DNA from: a virus
Length of the DNA: 34,823 nucleotides
Strand: one strand, 5' to 3'
UHGV virus genome: UHGV-0108273
Shown: positions 28,244 through 34,823 of the stretch, in pieces
Numbering within the stretch: position 1 is the stretch's first letter
How the letters are laid out: every line of letters begins with the position of its first letter
Notes under the pieces: model-generated
Database searches by the model: none
The model's input: only the letters and a program-made list of their open reading frames with translations
What the model was told of the DNA's origin: nothing
Position numbers and translations under genes: made by a program

Positions 28244-28300
28244 TTATTTACGGCCGCCTTTCTTACCGCCTTTTCCTTTACGTCCACCTTTACATGCCAT
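28244..28300 (-). CDS. Possible micro-ORF encoding an 18-aa Lys/Gly-rich peptide (MACKGGRKGKGGKKGGRK)
   Basis: ATG 7 nt downstream of AGAGGTG, in the gap between the terminase stop and the 81-aa gene; below the ORF-track size cutoff; hand translated. Confidence 0.25.
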   Translation of the reverse strand: MACKGGRKGKGGKKGGRK

Positions 28301-28312
28301 AGTTTTTCACCT

Positions 28313-30046
28313 CTATTCAAAAGCATCCTTGTTCAGTTTATAAGCAACGAACGCATCCATAAGTGCTGCAACGCAGTCAATCTTATGCTCTCGTTTGCGT
28401 TTATAAAGTTTTCTGTTACCGTTGGTGTCTTCAAGGGTGATACAGTTTCCCATAGCAAACGACATGATCTCTTCATCGAATCGAAGCATTCTCTCTTCAG
28501 AAAGGTTCTTTAATTCTCCAAGAGGAATAGATTCTGTCTTTGCTCCCTGAATTACTTTCTCAATACCAAACGGACCATTCTCGGTTTCCCATCTATTAAC
28601 AAATTCCTTTGCTCCATACGGGTCAAAGCCGAAACACCGAACATCGTAATCACTATCGATAATATGTTTATCCAGATCGTCGTAAACTTGCATCATATCG
28701 AGGATCGCACCGTCGAGAACTATCAAACTACCTTCATTCATAAACTGATCGTATTTCGTCCGCATAGCTGCTGGTAATTTCATCAGAGTTAATGAAGAAA
28801 TATAGTTTCTAGTCTTAATACCGAACGTTCCATCCTGTAAAGGGAACATAAATGAGAATGAGCAAAAGTCGTCTCCCTGCGATAAGTCTGCTCCCATAGC
28901 ACAAGGTAATCCCCAGTAATCTCTACGTCTATGAGGTATTGTCTCTTCATAAGTAAAGTAATAGGTATAACCTTCCAACGGGATTCCAAATCTTTTCGCA
29001 AGAATATCGTTCTTTGCTGCTGGGTTCTGTTCGGCTCTTTCCACGTCAAGCTGATATGCTTCAGGGCTAACGGTCTTTCCAATATTCGGATTAGCCTTAA
29101 GCCACATTTCTGGATTTCCTACTTCCTCAATATCATCGAGCTTATACCACCAGATTGATACGTGAGGATTAGTGTACTCGTCTCGAAGAATCTTAGATAA
29201 TTCCATTTTGATTGTGTCGCCGCTACCATTTCGTACAGTACCTTCTGAACTGGTTGCCACAATAAGATAATCATCATTTTTTGAGGCACCCTGTTCAACA
29301 GCACCAACGACGTCTTCTCGTACATCTCCTGATAGCCATTCATCTATAGTGGAGATCTTATCTCTTCGTGACTGCAATTTATCGATGGACATTGGTAGAA
29401 CTTCGATTATTGAATTTGTAAGGAAGTTCTCTACACCCTTTTTCGTACTAGCTAACTTCTGTCGATTCGCCCTTGAGCCTGTAGTATTCTGTAAAGAGCC
29501 CTCTGTTAAGAATTTAAACAAAGGACCTCTAGCTCTTGCTATAGCTGTACGAATAGGAGCTAATGTTGCTTCTGATTGTCTCATTGTCGGCGCGGTTACT
29601 AATTGCTGAGTAGTACTCGTGTCGACATTTAAAAAATAAGCCTGAATACATGCCGCATACATCGATTTAGCAGCACCTCTGGCTACGATCAAATACTGTT
29701 TGTTAACCAGTCGTTTCTTAATTCTCTTGGTAACATATCGTCCTTCGTCGTAGTCATAGACTGATCGTTCAACGAAGTAATACCAACCGAAAATCTGTTC
29801 CGCCCAAAGTTTAAACGAATCAAGTAAATGTAGATCTTCGCCATCAGTTAATGTGAGTTCGTTCTCACAATAATTAATAAAACCCTGGATCGCTTGGTCG
29901 TCATACCAAATTCCAGGGTTAGCTATAAGATCATCTATTCGATTCATCTCCATCGAGATTTCTTTACATATTGGGATTTCTCCTCGCATGACCGCCTCTC
30001 TAAAGCGGCCGTAATATTTCGGAACAGCCGTGTTTGAAAGACTCAT
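28313..30046 (-). CDS. terL: Terminase large subunit (577 aa)
   Basis: Size; N-terminal ATPase region with a Walker A-like 'ARGAAKS' segment; acidic-residue-rich C-terminal nuclease-like region; position upstream of the portal gene. Confidence 0.85.
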   Translation of the reverse strand: MSLSNTAVPKYYGRFREAVMRGEIPICKEISMEMNRIDDLIANPGIWYDDQAIQGFINYCENELTLTDGEDLHLLDSFKLWAEQIFGWYYFVERSVYDYDEGRYVTKRIKKRLVNKQYLIVARGAAKSMYAACIQAYFLNVDTSTTQQLVTAPTMRQSEATLAPIRTAIARARGPLFKFLTEGSLQNTTGSRANRQKLASTKKGVENFLTNSIIEVLPMSIDKLQSRRDKISTIDEWLSGDVREDVVGAVEQGASKNDDYLIVATSSEGTVRNGSGDTIKMELSKILRDEYTNPHVSIWWYKLDDIEEVGNPEMWLKANPNIGKTVSPEAYQLDVERAEQNPAAKNDILAKRFGIPLEGYTYYFTYEETIPHRRRDYWGLPCAMGADLSQGDDFCSFSFMFPLQDGTFGIKTRNYISSLTLMKLPAAMRTKYDQFMNEGSLIVLDGAILDMMQVYDDLDKHIIDSDYDVRCFGFDPYGAKEFVNRWETENGPFGIEKVIQGAKTESIPLGELKNLSEERMLRFDEEIMSFAMGNCITLEDTNGNRKLYKRKREHKIDCVAALMDAFVAYKLNKDAFE

Positions 30047-30089
30047 GATGTTTTTCTCCTGTTTTATTTTGTGTTCTATTTAGCACACT

Positions 30090-30662
30090 TTAACGACCAT
30101 AACGAGCATTGTTCAATATTCTTGACACATAGGTTCGTCCAGTCTTTTTGTATGCTTCTTGAGATTCGAGCAACATAGCATCTGCCTTATCAGATAATCT
30201 TGAAGCATCTTCGAACATTTTATTATACTCCTTAGCATCTGCTGTTTTGTTCTGTGCAGAAGCTATAAATCTTGAAACTGCGTTTTTACCAAGTTTCTTG
30301 CGCTGCTCTTTAACCTGATTCCACTTTGCATCAGCAACATCACTAGCTTTTGATGCTGCATCAACCTTTTTAGAATAATCTTTTACTGCTGATTTTTTGG
30401 CATCTACTTTCGCTTTCTTTATGTCGGCTTTTGCTTCTCTTAAAGAAGCCTTAGCTGCATCTCTTTGGATCTTATTACCTTTTCGAATAGCTCCAATACC
30501 GTTCAACTGACCAGAATTCCTAGCTGCTTTACGAGCTTCTAATCCATCAGCTCTGGCTTTCTTAGAGGCTTGTCTAAAGGTCGGCTGATCGCTTCTCCTT
30601 CTAACTCCCCACTTCATGCCTTTTACACCGTAGTGCATTAATTTGTCATCATAGTATCCCAT
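30090..30662 (-). CDS. Paralog 4 of a four-gene family with a conserved N-terminal H[YH]GVKGMKWGVRR motif; highly basic Lys/Ala-rich body (190 aa)
   Basis: 'LMHYGVKGMKWGVRRR' near the N-terminus; remainder K/A/R-rich coiled-coil-like; strong RBS AAGAGGTGAAAATTCAAAATGG. Confidence 0.6.
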   Translation of the reverse strand: MGYYDDKLMHYGVKGMKWGVRRRSDQPTFRQASKKARADGLEARKAARNSGQLNGIGAIRKGNKIQRDAAKASLREAKADIKKAKVDAKKSAVKDYSKKVDAASKASDVADAKWNQVKEQRKKLGKNAVSRFIASAQNKTADAKEYNKMFEDASRLSDKADAMLLESQEAYKKTGRTYVSRILNNARYGR

Positions 30663-30691
30663 TTTGAATTTTCACCTCTTATCTCAAATAG

Positions 30692-31828
30692 TTATGTGTT
30701 CCCGGACAGCATCCCAATGATTTCTCTATCCGATAGTTTCGTGTTCGGATGTTGTTTACGATAATTATTTATCGCTTTTGTGTTAAAAGCATATGATACT
30801 CCTACTGGAACAGTTGCTCCCAAAGCATACGTAGCTCCCTTTTTTGAGCCAGTTATTATTTTGTTGACGTAGTCTTCAGCTTTCTGTATTTTCTTAGCTT
30901 GATCAAGATTCTTTGAAATCTCATCAACCGTTAATTCTCTAAAATTAGTTACAGAAATCTTTCCTTTCGCATCAAATACTATGAGAGGATTTTTTGTCTT
31001 GTAGTCATTAAACTTCATATCGTTAATGTCTTGAATAGCATTATATCCTTTTGATTTCATAGCACTATAAAATGTTTTGGATGAATATGAATCATGATTC
31101 CCAGCTAATTTAGAATTGAAATTTTCATACAGTTTTGATAACTCACTATCTGTATACGTTCCGAATTTAGCAAATCTTATAGGCTTTTCATTCGAACTTA
31201 TAGAGCTTGGTAGATTATGTACATACTCTGCGAACTTTTTATCATTCTTATAAAGATCTTTGAATACTTTCTTCGCATTATTCTTAGAAGCAACTTTGAC
31301 ATCATCTTTAACTAATAAAGACATCACATATGCTTTTCCAGTCTGTTGATATCGTTCTCTACCAAGTTTACCTGCATATTTTATGTTATCGGTTTTCTTG
31401 TATGAAGCGAAGAAATTATCGTATAACTTTCCTCCGGTATCTTTCATCTCTACTCGTTGCAACAACTTTCCAGACTTTATAGTTTTATCACAGTAATCTT
31501 TAATGTACTTATTTGTTGCATATGCAGCTATCGAAGCAACTGTGATACCGGCTGTTATGGCTATGATTTTCTCAGTTTTGATACGTCTATCAGCCGCCAT
31601 CTTAGCCTGTTTAGGACTCATCCCTTTGCTAATATACTTAGATTCAATCCTCGATCTGTGACTCGATCTATTTGTGCTCTTATCGGATTCGTTTTGGTAT
31701 TTATTCTTTCCAGCATTAGTGAGAGAACCGTCTTTATTTTGGTAACGTCTTATTCCCCATTTCATGCCTTTTACACCGTAATGGTAGAGTTCATCTGTAG
31801 AAGTTATTCTTGAAATTGCATACTCCAT
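30692..31828 (-). CDS. Paralog 3 of the same family (378 aa), with a predicted transmembrane segment
   Basis: 'ELYHYGVKGMKWGIRRYQNKDGSLTNAGKNKYQ'; hydrophobic stretch 'IIAITAGITVASIAAYATNKYI'; homologous to paralog 2 along most of its length (e.g. 'YSAMKSKGYNAIQDINDMKFNDYKTKNPLIVFDAKGK'). Confidence 0.6.
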   Translation of the reverse strand: MEYAISRITSTDELYHYGVKGMKWGIRRYQNKDGSLTNAGKNKYQNESDKSTNRSSHRSRIESKYISKGMSPKQAKMAADRRIKTEKIIAITAGITVASIAAYATNKYIKDYCDKTIKSGKLLQRVEMKDTGGKLYDNFFASYKKTDNIKYAGKLGRERYQQTGKAYVMSLLVKDDVKVASKNNAKKVFKDLYKNDKKFAEYVHNLPSSISSNEKPIRFAKFGTYTDSELSKLYENFNSKLAGNHDSYSSKTFYSAMKSKGYNAIQDINDMKFNDYKTKNPLIVFDAKGKISVTNFRELTVDEISKNLDQAKKIQKAEDYVNKIITGSKKGATYALGATVPVGVSYAFNTKAINNYRKQHPNTKLSDREIIGMLSGNT

Positions 31829-31845
31829 TTTGACTCACCTACCTC

Positions 31846-32904
31846 TTAACTCAAATACTTATCAAGTTTACGGTTCACATAAGAATCGCACTCCGACACA
31901 CTCTTCGTTCCGAGCTTAGATACGAAACCAACTGTATTAGCTCCGATTTCCTTAACGATTCTTTCTGAATTGTATTTTCGATACAGCTTGTCTACAATTT
32001 TAGGATTCGCTTCGGTTACAGACTGAAGTTTCACCGAATCTGTATCAAACACAATCATAGGTCTTTTCGCATGATAACTTGAATACTCCTTATCGTTATA
32101 GTCAAGTAAAGCATTATAACCTTTCTTCTTTAACTCTGAGTAGAAACGATTTTGTGCAGCTATCTCTTGTTGATTATGGTTTACAAGGGATAGATTCAGA
32201 GCCTTATAGATAGCCACCTTTTCAGAATTTCTAAGTTTACTTGGATCTTTCTCCAAAGCATTTTGAGCTTGTTTAAATAGAACCTGTTGAGTAGGTCGCC
32301 GCATCTTCTCTTTAGAGTCAGCTATCGAAGCCTCTACATTCTTCTTAAACTCTGGCTCTTTCAATAAGTTTGCGGTTATGTAGCCAGCGTTCTCATCTGA
32401 CGGAACTTTCAACTTCTTCACAGTTTCCAGTTTCAACTGATAAACCTTCATATTATTGCTTTTATCTCTTAGAGATTTTGCAACGTTGAAATCTTCCTCA
32501 CTGCCGGTTGCCTCAGCCTGTTTCTCAGCACGTCTTGCATCCGAAGCAGCTCTACTCGTAAGATTCTTACCAAATAATCCGAGATACTTATCCATGTCTT
32601 TCTTTTTATATGTAGCGTAGAATGCGAAATTCTCGAATTCTTTTGAAGTCTGGATTCGAGCGAATGTAGTACCTTTTCTTAAATATGTATCAACGTACTG
32701 CTTACCTGTGACTTGAGTTTTGACAGTGTTTTTTAATTCAGAAACTTTCATACTCATTAACGTAGTCTTTTTCTGTGTGATATGAGTATCTGAAGAATTC
32801 TGATATCGTTTCTTACCAGATGGTGTCAATGTTCCGTCAGCATACTGATATCTCCTAACACCCCACTTTTGACCTTTAACGCCGTGATGATAAAGTTCTT
32901 CCAT
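31846..32904 (-). CDS. Paralog 2 of the same family (352 aa)
   Basis: 'MEELYHHGVKGQKWGVRRYQYADGTLTPSGKKRYQ'; shares C-terminal blocks with paralog 3 ('YSELKKKGYNALLDYNDKEYSSYHAKRPMIVFDTDS'). Confidence 0.6.
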   Translation of the reverse strand: MEELYHHGVKGQKWGVRRYQYADGTLTPSGKKRYQNSSDTHITQKKTTLMSMKVSELKNTVKTQVTGKQYVDTYLRKGTTFARIQTSKEFENFAFYATYKKKDMDKYLGLFGKNLTSRAASDARRAEKQAEATGSEEDFNVAKSLRDKSNNMKVYQLKLETVKKLKVPSDENAGYITANLLKEPEFKKNVEASIADSKEKMRRPTQQVLFKQAQNALEKDPSKLRNSEKVAIYKALNLSLVNHNQQEIAAQNRFYSELKKKGYNALLDYNDKEYSSYHAKRPMIVFDTDSVKLQSVTEANPKIVDKLYRKYNSERIVKEIGANTVGFVSKLGTKSVSECDSYVNRKLDKYLS

Positions 32905-32907
32905 AAC

Positions 32908-33453
32908 TTACTTACCACTTAGCGCTTTGATGGCTAAAGCAATGCTTAATGCCGACCCGGTTACTGCTAAAACATCACCGGTGGTTTCTAGCATTCTACT
33001 AGCATACTCGCGTCCTTTCGTGGTTTTTTGAGGAGCAAACATATCATTATATTGTTTCTCCAAAAGAGCTCTATTAATCTGATCACGCATTTCTTTATCG
33101 GTCATGTTGCTTAAGTCCATCTTTTGTTTCGGATTATTTCTGATAGACTTATCGGTCATGGTCTTTATATTACGGCTCAGTCCAGCAGTAGCATCGGTCA
33201 AAGATTTGGTTCTTTCCAAGTCTTCTTTAACATATCGTCTAGCATCTGCTATGTTGTCAGTTCGACCGTTCTTTTTAGACTGCTTATAATAAGTACCAGT
33301 AGACTCATCATACTTATTAAATTCTTTTTCTCTAGAGTCTCTTTCATATCTCTTCTGACCTTTTTCAGTAAGAGTACCATCCTTGTTCTGGTATCTTCTT
33401 ACTCCCCATTTCATGCCTTTAATTCCATGATGATAGAGTTCATTATTGTCCAT
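32908..33453 (-). CDS. Paralog 1 of the same family (181 aa), with a hydrophobic C-terminal tail
   Basis: 'ELYHHGIKGMKWGVRRYQNKDGTLTEKGQKRYE'; C-terminal 'VLAVTGSALSIALAIKALSGK'; RBS AAAGGAGGTAATTCAAAATGG. Confidence 0.6.
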   Translation of the reverse strand: MDNNELYHHGIKGMKWGVRRYQNKDGTLTEKGQKRYERDSREKEFNKYDESTGTYYKQSKKNGRTDNIADARRYVKEDLERTKSLTDATAGLSRNIKTMTDKSIRNNPKQKMDLSNMTDKEMRDQINRALLEKQYNDMFAPQKTTKGREYASRMLETTGDVLAVTGSALSIALAIKALSGK

Positions 33454-33808
33454 TTTGAATTACCTCCTTTCCAGTTTGTTCTGCCTCCACATTAAGTCTC
33501 CATTCAAGCTCGTTGATCATCTGTTTCATGGCTTCCATTACAGCAGAGCTAAGAGGAGGATCGAAAATAAGTCTAACCTTTAGATACATATAGGTTTTTA
33601 CAGCCTCGAAGTTTTTGTTATCGGTCGGAAGAAATTCATCCCATGTAGTAAACTTATCCGTGATATGAAATCCATTACTAGGACCAACTCCCAACTGACT
33701 AAGTATCATGAATACAGAATTGATATGCATGATGATATCAGAATCAAAGTGCTCATAATCTTCTGTTATACCGAGCATCTTTTTAACTGATGTAAGTATA
33801 CTTTCCAA
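33443..33808 (-). CDS. Hypothetical protein (121 aa), possibly a gp6-like head-tail connector or a small packaging protein
   Basis: N-terminal 'VKKMLGITEDYEHFDSDIIMHINSVFMILSQLG' loosely resembles connector-family N-termini; uncertain. Confidence 0.4.
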   Translation of the reverse strand: MESILTSVKKMLGITEDYEHFDSDIIMHINSVFMILSQLGVGPSNGFHITDKFTTWDEFLPTDNKNFEAVKTYMYLKVRLIFDPPLSSAVMEAMKQMINELEWRLNVEAEQTGKEVIQNGQ

Positions 33809-33825
33809 TATTCACACCTCCTTCG

Positions 33826-34239
33826 CTATCGTTTCCAGGGACAAGTGTCATTTGGTTTTCGTTCTATTGGTTCTGTTATAAGTAAGCTCTCGTCTCCGTA
33901 GTGAATAGCGTTGTGGGTATTGAGTGTTGTAGAAATTACATTCTCTGGATCGAATACTTTCGGATCTCGTAGAAGAACGTCTTCTACTGAAATTGGATTT
34001 ATATGATGCACGAGGATCTTACCCACTATCTCATAACCTTCACAGGCCAAATCACAGCCATTATCTCGAATAATTATTTCGTTACGAAAGCGCTTCCATT
34101 CTGTCGTACGATAAAGCATCTGATTTAAATATCGATCATAGCCGAATGTCTCAACACCAACTTGTCCGCCGAGTTGTAAGTATCTAAAACGATCTAGAAA
34201 AGTTGGAAGCTTAATCAATTCGGAATATGTTCTATTCAT
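33826..34239 (-). CDS. HNH endonuclease (137 aa from the internal start MNRTYSEL)
   Basis: HNH-like 'HHINPISVEDV...NTHNAIHYG' with Cys pairs (C..C). Start moved from the track's 34269 to the ATG at 34237-34239, which has GGAGGAG about 8 nt upstream and overlaps the upstream stop (ATGAATAG). Confidence 0.7.
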   Translation of the reverse strand: MNRTYSELIKLPTFLDRFRYLQLGGQVGVETFGYDRYLNQMLYRTTEWKRFRNEIIIRDNGCDLACEGYEIVGKILVHHINPISVEDVLLRDPKVFDPENVISTTLNTHNAIHYGDESLLITEPIERKPNDTCPWKR

Positions 34240-34576
34240 CTTCATACTCCTCCGGATCTCCCTGACCATTGTAATTTCTGAAAGCCTTCATAGCGTTCTC
34301 AACGAGAACCTTGTATTCTTTCTCATCCTCTATAGCATTGGTTTTAGCTTCTAACAGTTTATTCTCTTTTTTAAGTTTCTCTTTCTCTAACTCTGCTTTT
34401 GTAGTACCAAGTTTCAGAAAATGTGTGATGACCTGAGAAGAAGCAGTGCCTTCTATTAACTGCCTTTCAGCTAGGTCCACTGCCAATGAAATCATCTGGT
34501 TTTCTCTAGCTTCTGGAGATAAAGCAGGTCTCATCTTCTTACTTTCTTTCGATGAGCTTTTGCTTAGTTTAGGCAT
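34232..34576 (-). CDS. Hypothetical small protein (114 aa), possibly a terminase small subunit or DNA-binding packaging factor
   Basis: First gene after a 247-bp intergenic region; strong RBS GAGGAGG; basic N-terminus, helical middle, acidic C-terminus; functional assignment is by position only. Confidence 0.45.
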   Translation of the reverse strand: MPKLSKSSSKESKKMRPALSPEARENQMISLAVDLAERQLIEGTASSQVITHFLKLGTTKAELEKEKLKKENKLLEAKTNAIEDEKEYKVLVENAMKAFRNYNGQGDPEEYEDE

Positions 34577-34823
34577 ACTTTCTGCCTCCTCTCGTTTAAT
34601 TATTAGTTACTTTTGTGTTACTTTTAATTTGGTTTCATGTGGTATTTAAGAAGACTCATAAGGACAATGAAAAGAAACTATTAATATTGAAAGGAGAAAC
34701 CTTAAACCTACACTGATCAACCTAGAACCTTCGGAGGTGTCCATATGAGCCTTGTTAAATACCGCATAAAACTAAACATACCACTTTTGTTTTTACCAAA
34801 AATCCCGCCGGAGAACTTCTGAA

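Noticed and set aside
28789-29609. ORFs nested in or antisense to the large terminase gene (28789..29082 -, 28931..29158 +, 29119..29343 -, 29349..29609 +)
   Set aside because: All overlap the terminase reading frame, which shows conserved terminase features along its full length.
1-34823. Integrase, recombinase, transposase, tRNA or rRNA genes, or attachment-site repeats
   Set aside because: No ORF resembles tyrosine or serine recombinases or transposases, no tRNA-like cloverleaf or rRNA-like sequence was evident, and no long inverted or direct terminal repeats were seen; the window appears to be purely a late morphogenesis region.

Overview
The window is a contiguous late (morphogenesis) region of a tailed phage or prophage, low GC, with Firmicutes-style ribosome-binding sites. 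Every supported gene is on the minus strand, transcribed from high to low coordinates. Order: small proteins and an HNH endonuclease; four tandem paralogs sharing a conserved N-terminal motif; large terminase; a collagen-like protein; portal; a fused prohead-protease/major-capsid protein; head-tail proteins; putative major tail protein followed by a strong intrinsic terminator; two chaperone-like genes; a GH25/CHAP/CW_7 lysin sitting unexpectedly inside the tail module; a 2387-aa repeat-rich tape measure protein; then at least eight tail, baseplate and fibre genes, the last running off the window at position 1. No rRNA, tRNA, CRISPR array, integrase or transposase was recognised. The most novel-looking element is the four-paralog array at 30090..33453; other points of interest are the misplaced lysin, the giant tape measure protein, a near-perfect duplication in the capsid gene and a possible -1 frameshift downstream of the tape measure gene. 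All domain calls are from reading the translations by eye, with no database search.
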